From Actinomycetes bacterium (GTDB taxonomy: Bacteria > Actinomycetota > Acidimicrobiia > Acidimicrobiales > Bog-793), in NCBI GenBank assembly GCA_021798985.1, contig JAJZBI010000011.1, positions 23,775 through 87,774 on the forward strand: a DNA stretch of 64,000 nt, read 5' to 3'. The translations under genes and the position numbers were made by a program. The notes beneath the pieces were generated by a model, which was given only the letters and a program-made list of their open reading frames with translations, was not told the DNA's origin and ran no database searches. Below are positions 56,315-64,000 of this stretch, piece after piece. Numbering within the stretch: position 1 is the stretch's first letter; each line of letters starts with the position of its first letter.

Positions 56315-57898
56315 TCAGCCGACGATGCGGATCGCCAGGCGGATGGCGGGGAGGTGGTAGCCGAGGGCGAGCGCCGGCTCGTCCTGGGCGTAGGTGAGCA
56401 CCGGCACCATCCCATAGGGCGTGTTGGCGAACGAGGGGGACTCGGTGTAGATCATCGGATAGATGTCGATGAGGTGGATCCCCGGCCCGCCCGTCGCGTG
56501 CAGGGGCAGCACCACGTCTCCATTGGAGTTGAAGCCGCAGCCATAGCCGAGGTAGCTATTGTCGTAATCGACCGCGATCGTGTTGTCGAGCTGGGTCCAG
56601 CCGACGCCCTTCAGGTGGATGGTGAAGGCCTGGCCCTCTTTCAGCGTGATCGCCGACAGGCCCGGGCCGACGAGGCTCTCTTGGAGGTAGAAGGGGACCT
56701 GGGCGAGCACCTTGTTGTCCTGCTCGACCTGGACCACGTGCCAGCCCCCGAGCCCGTCAGGGACCGTAAGCGTGCTCGACAGGCTGGTCCCTGACGGGGT
56801 GGCCGTCGCGAGCGGGATCGACGTGAAGGCCCAGCAGACGCTCTTGCAGTTGACGCGGCTTCCGACGACCGTGGACCAGACGAGCTGGGTGGGCACGCCA
56901 GGAGCCAGGCCGCTCACGGTCGCCTGGAACGAGGCGCCGACCGCGCCGCGGGTTGTCGAGAGCGCGAGGCCGGCGCCGGAGGCCGGCGCCGAGCCGGTCG
57001 GCGCGAGGGTCGTGCGCGCCGAGACGGTCGGGGCGACCTCGTCGGGCCAGTCGATCGAGGGCGCGGGGAGGGTCGTGTCGGCGGTCACCTCGAAGGTCGC
57101 GGTCGCGCCCTTGGCGAAGGGGAGCGGCGACTGGGGCAGGTTGAGGTACAGGAAGCTGATGGCGTCGCCGACCTGGATGACGTGCGGGCCGACCGTGCCC
57201 GAGGCGCGGATCACGACGCGGGCGACGCCGCGCGTCCAGTTCGCCATCATCTCGCCGACGTAGTGGTTGTCATAGAGCAACGACGCCCCACCTTCGTACA
57301 GCGACGCGCCAATGCCGCGGTAGGTGACGGTGATCGGTGTGCCGACCGGACCGCTGCGCGGGCTGATGGTGACCGACCGAGTGATGATGAAGCCGCCGTG
57401 GGCGTGCTCGACGCCGTTGACGACGGCGTAGATGTCGTGCACGCCGCCCCAGTCTTGAGGGGCCCGCACGGTGGTCGAGAAGGCGCCAGCGGCATTGGTG
57501 GTGGCGTGCGCGAGCACGACCGTGACCGGGGTGGAGGAGCGGCCGAGGTAGTTGACCGAGTCCGGCTGGGGATCGACGAGCCAGGTGTTGTTCGCGCTCG
57601 ACCACGTCAGCTCCACCGAGGCGTTGGCGGCAAGGTGGGATCCCGAGATGTGCATCGGGGTCCCGGCGACGGCCTGGTCGGGGGTGACCTTCAAGATGCC
57701 CATGTCGCTCGCCGGCTTGGCGGGGGCTGCGATCGGCCCGGGGAGGGGGGCGACGCCGGGGATCGCCGGCGGCGGGAGCGCGACGGCCGTGGTCGAGCTC
57801 GGGCTCGTCGCGGCGAGGCTCGCCGGGACGAAGGAGACCAGCGCGGTGGCGATGCCGAGGAACACCCCAGCGGCGAGCCGAGCGCGAATGTGATTCAT
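56315..57898 (-). CDS. exported protein with four Ig-like (IPT/TIG-like) repeats, function unknown
   Basis: ATG 57898. Sec signal MNHIRARLAAGVFLGIATALVSFVPASLA. Four segments fit the pattern [VL]x[VI]xPxxGxxGTxhxhxGxG. Confidence 0.7.
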   Translation of the reverse strand: MNHIRARLAAGVFLGIATALVSFVPASLAATSPSSTTAVALPPPAIPGVAPLPGPIAAPAKPASDMGILKVTPDQAVAGTPMHISGSHLAANASVELTWSSANNTWLVDPQPDSVNYLGRSSTPVTVVLAHATTNAAGAFSTTVRAPQDWGGVHDIYAVVNGVEHAHGGFIITRSVTISPRSGPVGTPITVTYRGIGASLYEGGASLLYDNHYVGEMMANWTRGVARVVIRASGTVGPHVIQVGDAISFLYLNLPQSPLPFAKGATATFEVTADTTLPAPSIDWPDEVAPTVSARTTLAPTGSAPASGAGLALSTTRGAVGASFQATVSGLAPGVPTQLVWSTVVGSRVNCKSVCWAFTSIPLATATPSGTSLSSTLTVPDGLGGWHVVQVEQDNKVLAQVPFYLQESLVGPGLSAITLKEGQAFTIHLKGVGWTQLDNTIAVDYDNSYLGYGCGFNSNGDVVLPLHATGGPGIHLIDIYPMIYTESPSFANTPYGMVPVLTYAQDEPALALGYHLPAIRLAIRIVG

Positions 57899-57985
57899 CG
57901 GAGCGAGCCTTTCAGTGAAGGGGGAAGCGCAGGAGCCGGGCGGCAACCGGGGGCGCCGGTCGGTGCCCCCGGTTGCCGATTCGGC

Positions 57986-58549
57986 TCAGTTGATGGTGAG
58001 TCGCGAGGTGGCGGGAAGGCCCCGCTGGGTGAAGACGCCGCTGAGCGAGGGGACGGCCTTGGCGGTCCCGGTGGCCGCGACGGGCTTGGTGACGACGGTC
58101 ACGTGGAAGTCCACGACGCCGAGCGGGTAGGACGCGGTCGGGATCCACGCCGCGGTCCAGTACGAGGTCGTGCCATGGGTCCCGTACGCGAGCGGGATCT
58201 TGCCAACCCCGGGCACGTACACCCATGCCGCCTTGACGTTGTCACCCGTGAGCGCCATGCCGCGGTCACGGACGTTGACGCCCCACATCCGGAAGACCAC
58301 CTGCTGGGTCTGCTGGAAGAGGTTGGTCATCCCGCACGGCGCACTGGGCTTGGGTGAGCCTGAGCTTCCCTGCACGGTGTCGACGTACAAGAAGAGCGCG
58401 TGCTGGCTCGCGCCCTGCACCGGGGGCGCCGGCGTCGTGGTCGTGGTGGTCGAGGCCGCGCTGGCGCTCGGTGCGCTCGTCGCGAGCGCCCCGAGCCAGG
58501 CCGGTGCGGCCAGCGCGAGCGCGACCGCTCCTCCAACCAGTTTTCTCAT
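57986..58549 (-). CDS. exported hypothetical protein with Thr-rich linker
   Basis: Sec signal MRKLVGGAVALALAAPAWLGALATSAPSASA, then a STTTTTTPAPP linker and a ~140-aa beta-rich domain. Confidence 0.7.
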   Translation of the reverse strand: MRKLVGGAVALALAAPAWLGALATSAPSASAASTTTTTTPAPPVQGASQHALFLYVDTVQGSSGSPKPSAPCGMTNLFQQTQQVVFRMWGVNVRDRGMALTGDNVKAAWVYVPGVGKIPLAYGTHGTTSYWTAAWIPTASYPLGVVDFHVTVVTKPVAATGTAKAVPSLSGVFTQRGLPATSRLTIN

Positions 58550-58589
58550 CTGTATTCTCCCTTCCTTGGTCTGCGGGTGAGGAGCGAGC

Positions 58590-59168
58590 TCAGCGGACCG
58601 ACAGGCGGCCGTGCAGGGTCACGGTGAAGCTGCCGGACTGGGATCCCGAGGTGCCGCCGAGCTTCAAGGTGCCGCTGAAGGCGAGAGATCCGCTCGCCCC
58701 CTTGTCCTTGCCGGTGCCACCGGTCGCCTTGGCGATCCCCTTGAAGGTCACCGTGACCGGGCCGCTCTCGCCGCTCGAGCACCCCTTGGCGGTCGAGTCC
58801 GCGACCGTGAAGTTGATGGTCCCACCGGTGCCCACGATGGCGCCCTTGCCGGTGAAGGGGTCGCACAGCGCTGACGCGCTTGCGCTGCCCGATCCTTTGA
58901 TCGTGCTCCTGCCCACGAGGGCGGCCGTGCCGGTGCCCGAGCCTTGGACCGAAGAGATCGTGGCGGTGCCGTTGTTGATCAACAGCGCCGCGGTTCCCTT
59001 GTAGTGGCCGACGAAAGCAACGCTGCGGTGCCGGACTGCGGCGATTGCGTTGGTTTGCAGCGCCATGGTGGCGGTGGCGGCGAGCGGGATCAGCGCCAGG
59101 TAGTGGGCGCGGCGCCGAGATTGGCGAAGCGACTGGTCCGTCGGCGGCCGTTGGACGATCGGGGTCAT
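58590..59168 (-). CDS. Tat-signal Gly/Ser/Thr-rich exported hypothetical protein
   Basis: ATG 59168. Twin-arginine motif SRRRAHYLAL followed by a hydrophobic region. The mature part is G/S/T-rich beta repeats. Confidence 0.65.
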   Translation of the reverse strand: MTPIVQRPPTDQSLRQSRRRAHYLALIPLAATATMALQTNAIAAVRHRSVAFVGHYKGTAALLINNGTATISSVQGSGTGTAALVGRSTIKGSGSASASALCDPFTGKGAIVGTGGTINFTVADSTAKGCSSGESGPVTVTFKGIAKATGGTGKDKGASGSLAFSGTLKLGGTSGSQSGSFTVTLHGRLSVR

Positions 59169-59464
59169 GGGGGCTCTCCCTTCGGCGGGATCGCGTGGTC
59201 TTGGCATGCGAACCCGCACCACTCGTAGTGCGACCCTTGCAGATCAGCATCCGCCACCGCGAGCGAACTAGGGACTAAGGGCACAAGGGGAGTGCAGGAA
59301 GTCCTGGTGGTGAGGTACATTGGACTGACGCTTTCGAGCAGGGGGATTTCGCGTTCGGACAAGGGGTCTTTCGCCCCCTGACACCTCGTGGTGGCGTGGC
59401 TGATGCTTGGACCAAAGCGATGCCGGGCCGCGCGATGGCGTGACCTCGGGCACGGGAGGAGCAG

Positions 59465-59701
59465 ATGCGGCCCGACGAGTCGTGGATGGACGAGGCGGCG
59501 TGTCGCGGACGGTCGCCCGAGCTGTTCTACGCGAACGACGAGGTGCTGCTGCGTGCCGCAGTGCAGGTCTGCTCGAGCTGCCCGGTCCGCCGCCAATGCC
59601 TCGAGTACGCGCTCAGCTACGGCATCGAGGACGGCGTGTGGGGTGGCCGTACCGAGCGCGAGCGGCGGCGGATGCTGCGATCGATGCGCCGGAGCGCATA
59701 G
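59465..59701 (+). CDS. WhiB-family (Wbl) Fe-S transcription factor
   Basis: Four Cys (C...CSSCPVRRQC), a GVWGG turn and a basic tail. GGAGGAG lies before the ATG. Confidence 0.92.
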   Translation: MRPDESWMDEAACRGRSPELFYANDEVLLRAAVQVCSSCPVRRQCLEYALSYGIEDGVWGGRTERERRRMLRSMRRSA

Positions 59702-59880
59702 CGGGCTCTCCCGGTGGCGCGCCGACGCGCCAGGCGACAACGCGCTCTACACCGGCGCACCAGCGCGACCGAGCGGGGGTGGAACGGGGCGCTCGTGTGC
59801 CAACCGCTTCGCCCGGGAGCGACGGCCGTGCCGATCGGTCGCGCGAGATCCGCCCGATGGCGAGCGACGCGCCGATCCGA

Positions 59881-60936
59881 TCAGCTGGGTGCTGGGGCAC
59901 CTTTGCCAGCAGCCAGGAGGCTCTCGTCAGCGACCAAGACGGCGGCTCCAGCGAAGCGGCCCTCGGAAAGGTCCCGCAGCGCGTCGGTTGCCTCAGCGAG
60001 ACGGTAGGCATGCGTGGTCGCCCGCAGTCCCAAGCGCGCGGCGAGCTCCAAGAAGACGAGGCCGTCCTGTCGGGTGTTGGCCGTCACGCTCCGGACGCTC
60101 TTTTCGTAAAAGAGGTGCTCGGCGTAATTGAGCGGCGGGACGTCGCTCAGGTGGATGCCGGCGATGCAGAGCGTGCCGCCGCGCCCGAGCGCGCTGAGCG
60201 CGACCGGGACCAGCGTGCCGACCGGCGCGAAGAGGATCGCCGCATCGAGCGGCTCGGGTGCCATCGCGTCCGCCGCGCCGGCGCTCGCCGCGCCGAGCTC
60301 GAGGGCGAGCGCTCGGGCGGCCGCGCCGCGGGTGAGGACATGGACGCGGGCGCCCTGCGCGATCGCCAGCTGGGCGCACAGGTGTGCCGACGCGCCGAAG
60401 CCGTAGATGCCGAGGCGACCCCCTGGGGGGAGTTCGGCGCGCAGCAGCGCGCGATAGCCGATGATCCCCGCACACAGCAGAGGTGCCGCCGCCACGGGGC
60501 TGAGCCCGGCGGGGATGGGGTAGGCGAACCGCTCGTCGACGAGGGTGAACTCGCTGTAGCCGCCGTCGCGGTCCCATCCCGTGAAGCTGGGCGCGACGCA
60601 AAGGTTCTCCCGGCCGGCCACGCAGAAGTGGCAGCGACCACAGGTTGCCCCGAGCCACGCGACGCCGACGCGCTGGCCGAGGGAGAAGCGCCCGGCGCCT
60701 GCTCCGAGCGCGTCCACGACGCCGACGACCTCGTGGCCCGGCACGACCCGGCTCCGGCGCGGCTCGAGGTCCCCCTCGGCGAGGTGGAGGTCGGTCCGAC
60801 ACACCCCGCAGGCCTCGACCTGCACGCGGACCTCGCCCGGCCCCGGCTCGGGCAGGGGGCGTTCCAGCTCGACGAGCGGGTGCGTGGCGATGGGGCCGGG
60901 GACGTCGACCGCGTAGGCGCGCATCGACTCAGCCAC
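59881..60936 (-). CDS. zinc-dependent alcohol dehydrogenase family protein
   Basis: GHEVVG, the structural-Zn loop [15 protein letters not shown] and a GFGASAH Rossmann motif. Alternative ATG start at 60924. Confidence 0.88.
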   Translation of the reverse strand: MAESMRAYAVDVPGPIATHPLVELERPLPEPGPGEVRVQVEACGVCRTDLHLAEGDLEPRRSRVVPGHEVVGVVDALGAGAGRFSLGQRVGVAWLGATCGRCHFCVAGRENLCVAPSFTGWDRDGGYSEFTLVDERFAYPIPAGLSPVAAAPLLCAGIIGYRALLRAELPPGGRLGIYGFGASAHLCAQLAIAQGARVHVLTRGAAARALALELGAASAGAADAMAPEPLDAAILFAPVGTLVPVALSALGRGGTLCIAGIHLSDVPPLNYAEHLFYEKSVRSVTANTRQDGLVFLELAARLGLRATTHAYRLAEATDALRDLSEGRFAGAAVLVADESLLAAGKGAPAPS

Positions 60937-61153
60937 TCGACCAGGCTACGCGCGAGGCCCGAGGACCGTCATCGGGTGCCTCCGGCCGGGGCGGAGCACC
61001 GTCCGGCGGGGCCGGACGAGTGCTCGCCCCGAGACCAAGTCCCCGCACCTTTCCGGGGCCGAGAGCACTTCCCGGTCGGGCGCGAGAGCCAAGGTTGTCC
61101 CGCAGCAGGACAGACCGACCCGGTGCGTACCCAACCGACGTGCCCGGCGAACT

Positions 61154-61603
61154 TCACCCAGCACGTCCGTCCCGCACGATGACCACCGAGCAGCCCGCCA
61201 GGCGGGCGCAGTTCTCTCCACAGTGTCCGAGGAGGAGACCTGCGAAGCCACCGTAGCCGCGATCGCCCACCACAAGCATCCGAGCACCTCGCGACGCCTC
61301 GACCAGCACCGGCGTCGAGTGGCCGCGGATCACCTTGCGCTCGATCGGGGGGACGGGCGCCGACTCCTCGTCGCAGACCTTCTGGATGGTGCGCTCAAGG
61401 GCAAGCCGCGCCTCTTCCTCCAGGCTGTGCGCGCCCGGCGGCACGAAGCCGAAGCCGAGGGTGTTCTCCCAGGCGATCACCGCCTGGACCGGCGCCCCGG
61501 TGCGGCGCGCGTAGTCGATGCCCCAGCGCAGCGCCTCGGCGCTCTCTCGAGAGCCATCGATGCCGACCACGACCGGCCGGTGATCGTCCCGCTCGTTCAT
61601 CAC
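61154..61603 (-). CDS. universal stress protein (UspA family)
   Basis: VVVGIDGS...MLVVGDRGYGGFAGLLLG...C.VVIV pattern. Confidence 0.88.
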   Translation of the reverse strand: MMNERDDHRPVVVGIDGSRESAEALRWGIDYARRTGAPVQAVIAWENTLGFGFVPPGAHSLEEEARLALERTIQKVCDEESAPVPPIERKVIRGHSTPVLVEASRGARMLVVGDRGYGGFAGLLLGHCGENCARLAGCSVVIVRDGRAG

Positions 61604-61652
61604 CCCTCCTTGCCGCTCGGGCGCTGTCGCCCGCGCTCTTTGACCAAGGTGC

Positions 61653-63296
61653 TCAGTTCGCCTCGGGAACGAGGTCGATGGCCCCGCACGGGCACTCCTC
61701 GACGCAGATCCCGCAGCCCTTGCAGTAGTCGTAGTTGAAGGCGTAGCGGCGGCCGCCTGCGGCCTGCGTCTCGCGATCGGTCAGCTTGACCACGGCGTTG
61801 TCCGGGCAGACGCCGAAGCAGTTGTCGCACTCAAAGCAGTTGCCGCACGACAGGCAGCGGCGCGCCTCGAACAGGGCGGTGTCCTCATTGAGGCCGCCCA
61901 CGACCTCAGCGAAGGTGTCGACGCGGCGCGCGGCGGCGAGCTCGGGGCGGCGGCTCCTCGGCGCGTCGTCGTAGTACCAGGTGTTCAGGCGCTCGAGGCT
62001 CGCGAGGCCATGGCGCTCGGGTGCGAGGCGCGTCCCTCCCGCCAGGTAGGCGTCGATCGCCCGGGCGGCGCGCTTCGCGTGGCCGATGGCCACGGTGGCG
62101 GTGCGCGCGGAGGGCACGGCGTCGCCGCCGGCGAATATCCCCACCTCGCCGGTCATCATCGACGGGCCGACCTCGACCACGCCGTGGCGAACGGCGATGT
62201 GCTCGGCGCCCTCGACGACGGACAGGTCGCTGTCCTGGCCGAGCGCCAGCACCAGCGCGTCCGCTGGGAGCTGCTCGAACTCACCGGTCGGCACCACCTT
62301 GCCGTCTTCGAGGACGACCTTTTCGATGACGAGGTGATCGCCCTCGAACGAGTCGACGGTCGAGAGCCAGCGCGTGGTGATCCCCTCGGTCAAGGCCTGA
62401 TCGAGCTCCTCGCGCTCGGCCGGCATCTCCTTGTCGGTGCGGCGGTAGACGATGACCGTCTCGGTCGCCCCGAGGCGCCGCGCCGTCCGGGCGGCGTCCA
62501 TCGCCGTATTGCCGCCGCCATAGACGGCGACGCGGCGACCGAGCAGCACGGGGCGGTCCTCCTCGACGCTGCGGAGCAGCGACAGGGCATCCACGATCCG
62601 GGCGGAGTCGCCCGCCGGGATCTCGATCCTCCGGCCGAGCTGGGCCCCGACGGCGAGGTAGGCGGCGTCGTAGCCTCCCGCCTCCCGTTCGGCGACGACG
62701 TCTTCGACACGGTGGTTCGGGATCCACTGCACCCCGAGGGCGAAGATCCGCTCGATCTCGGCGTCGAGGACGGCGCGGGGGAGGCGGTAGGCGGGGATGC
62801 CGTAGCGCATCATCCCGCCGGGCTTGGCTGCGCTGTCGACTAGATCGACGCGGTGGCCGAGGCGCCGGAGGTGGTAGGAGGCTGCCAGCCCAGACGGCCC
62901 GGCGCCGACGACAAGGACGCGGCGCCCGGTCTCGCGGGTTTGCGCGTCGAAGCCAAAACCCTTTTCGATGGCCAGATCGCCGAGGAAGCGCTCGACGGCG
63001 TTGATGCCGACCGCCTCGTCGACCTGGGCGCGGTTGCAGGCCGTCTCGCAGGGGTGGTAGCAGATCCGGCCCATGATCGCCGGCAGCGGGTTCTCCTCCA
63101 CCAGCTGGCGCCAGGCGGCTTCGTAGTCTCCGGACTCGGCGTGATAGAGCCAGCGCTGGATGTTCTCGCCGGCGGGGCAGGCATCGTTGCACGGCGGCAG
63201 GCGGTCCACGTAGACGGGGCGCTCGACGCGCCAGGTGCCCGTGCGGTTGGCGTGGCTCGTGCCGACCTCGAGCGTGATGGCAAAGGGGTGCTCCAT
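61653..63296 (-). CDS. chimeric OFOR delta subunit: PorD-type N-terminus and 2x[4Fe-4S] C-terminus interrupted by a GltD/NfnB-like FAD-NAD(P)H module
   Basis: NRTGTWRVERPVY; CNDACPAGENIQRW and GRICYHPCETACNR; VLVVGAGPSGLAAS and VAVYGGGNTAMDAA Rossmann folds; CLSCGNCFECDNCFGVCP and FNYDYCKGCGICVEECP. The start overlaps the porB stop by 1 nt. Confidence 0.8.
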   Translation of the reverse strand: MEHPFAITLEVGTSHANRTGTWRVERPVYVDRLPPCNDACPAGENIQRWLYHAESGDYEAAWRQLVEENPLPAIMGRICYHPCETACNRAQVDEAVGINAVERFLGDLAIEKGFGFDAQTRETGRRVLVVGAGPSGLAASYHLRRLGHRVDLVDSAAKPGGMMRYGIPAYRLPRAVLDAEIERIFALGVQWIPNHRVEDVVAEREAGGYDAAYLAVGAQLGRRIEIPAGDSARIVDALSLLRSVEEDRPVLLGRRVAVYGGGNTAMDAARTARRLGATETVIVYRRTDKEMPAEREELDQALTEGITTRWLSTVDSFEGDHLVIEKVVLEDGKVVPTGEFEQLPADALVLALGQDSDLSVVEGAEHIAVRHGVVEVGPSMMTGEVGIFAGGDAVPSARTATVAIGHAKRAARAIDAYLAGGTRLAPERHGLASLERLNTWYYDDAPRSRRPELAAARRVDTFAEVVGGLNEDTALFEARRCLSCGNCFECDNCFGVCPDNAVVKLTDRETQAAGGRRYAFNYDYCKGCGICVEECPCGAIDLVPEAN

Positions 63297-64000
63297 CAGT
63301 CCTCCACGACCTCGGGCGCCTCGGCGCTGGTCGGCTCCAGCAGGCCGTAGCGGGCAATGTTGGCTTCGGCTAGCGCCTGCAGTTGGTCGATCACGTCGGA
63401 GTGGTCACCTTTGAACAGATGCGCGTAGCGGCGCTGGGCCTGTAGGTACTCGACGACTGGCGCCTTGTGGCGGATCTTTGCAACCGAGACCACCTCACCG
63501 TGTTCGGCCTCAAAGACCGGGAAGATCCCCGTCTCCTTGGCGAGCCGGGCGAGGCGGATGGTGTCTTTGGACGCAGCGCCCCAACCGAGCGGGCAGGGGA
63601 CGAGCACGTGCAGGTAGCGGGCGCCGCGATGGGCCATCGCCCGGATCGTCTTGGCCTCGAGGTCGTGCAGGTCGGCGACCGTGGCCGTGGCGACGTAGGA
63701 GATCTCGTGCGCCATCGCGATGCGCGGGAGGTCCTTTCCTTGGCCAAAGGCATTACCCGGCGCCGGGCCCACCGCCTCGGTCGTCGCGGTGCGCGCCGCG
63801 GGTGGGGTTGCGCCCGAGCGCTGTACCCCGGTGTTCATGTAGGCCTCGTTGTCGTAGCAGACGTACAAGACGTCGTCGTTGCGCTCGAACATTCCCGACA
63901 AGGTGCCGAACCCGATGTCGACCGTGCCGCCGTCGCCACCCTGGGCCACGACGCGCACGTCGTCGCGCCCCTTGGCCCGCATCGCCGCGGCGACACCGGT
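63296..64000 (-). CDS. porB: 2-oxoacid:ferredoxin oxidoreductase beta (TPP-binding) subunit, 3' part (gene continues beyond window)
   Basis: The frame is open to the window end. GGDGGTVDIGF TPP motif and CYDNEAYMNTG, a PorB-type C-terminus. Confidence 0.85.
   Translation of the reverse strand, partial: TGVAAAMRAKGRDDVRVVAQGGDGGTVDIGFGTLSGMFERNDDVLYVCYDNEAYMNTGVQRSGATPPAARTATTEAVGPAPGNAFGQGKDLPRIAMAHEISYVATATVADLHDLEAKTIRAMAHRGARYLHVLVPCPLGWGAASKDTIRLARLAKETGIFPVFEAEHGEVVSVAKIRHKAPVVEYLQAQRRYAHLFKGDHSDVIDQLQALAEANIARYGLLEPTSAEAPEVVED

Noticed and set aside
61012-61020. A CCGGACGAG string plus a downstream CCCGGUC, reminiscent of the guanidine-III (ykkC-III) riboswitch.
   Set aside because: The spacing is ~56 nt instead of ~9 nt, and the remaining conserved segment is missing. 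The match is on the plus strand, where no downstream gene exists (both neighbours are minus-strand).
1-64000. CRISPR arrays, tRNA/rRNA genes, IS elements, integrases, prophage or toxin-antitoxin modules, reverse transcriptases.
   Set aside because: No regularly spaced direct repeats were seen. There were no tRNA T-arm/acceptor signatures (for example GGTTCGAATCC) and no ORF with transposase, integrase, RT or typical TA motifs. The only repeats seen are low-complexity Ser/Thr codon runs inside genes and the short motifs reported as findings.

Overview
This is a 64-kb chromosomal segment with very high G+C (roughly 70% by eye, not computed). The gene repertoire is clearly actinobacterial: Lsr2-like, WhiB-like, DUF3040, DUF5719-like, F420 genes, MMPL and an Mtb-like lexA/LysM/nrdR arrangement. 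About 60 protein-coding genes can be supported. I saw no rRNA, tRNA, CRISPR array, transposase, integrase or phage genes. Most of the very long track ORFs (for example 13..2484 upstream part, 8332..11412-, 21918..24638-, 44426..47566-) are antisense or out-of-frame artefacts of the G+C content.

The left ~37 kb is made of conserved housekeeping blocks:
(i) An envelope-glycan/F420 block: GT2 fragment, manC-like, SDR, cofD, cofE, 2x GT4, SDR, GT2-polytopic membrane fusion, DUF5719-like partner, Lsr2-like, ftsH, CPBP protease, manB and trm112.
(ii) miaA-dapF-hflX-dapC, an MFS transporter, hsp20, pntAA-pntAB-pntB and dapE.
(iii) lexA with three SOS boxes, divergent from LysM-nrdR-PIG-L-dinB, followed by DUF3040, an HNH nuclease, an LplA-like protein and a Ser/Thr kinase.

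The right ~27 kb is an accessory redox region:
- A complete group-3d-type [NiFe] hydrogenase operon (hoxEFUYH-hoxW-hypA).
- Directly after it, monomeric PFOR (nifJ), a translationally coupled dihydroorotate-dehydrogenase-like flavoprotein and an Asp-ligand single-cluster ferredoxin.
- A stand-alone cNMP-binding protein, gap-ppsA and an MMPL transporter.
- A three-gene operon of exported proteins of unknown function, a WhiB-like regulator, a Zn-ADH and a USP.
- At the window edge, a heteromeric 2-oxoacid:ferredoxin oxidoreductase whose delta subunit is interrupted by a full GltD-like FAD/NAD(P)H module.

The most noteworthy candidates, all built from recognisable parts in unusual combinations:
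- The PorD::GltD chimeric OFOR subunit.
- The Hox/PFOR/DHOD-like/Fd/gap-ppsA supercluster.
- The exported three-gene operon.
- A ~240-nt highly structured non-coding region upstream of miaA.
- A Cys/His-decorated Lsr2 homologue.

All family assignments are by eye from motifs. No database search was possible.
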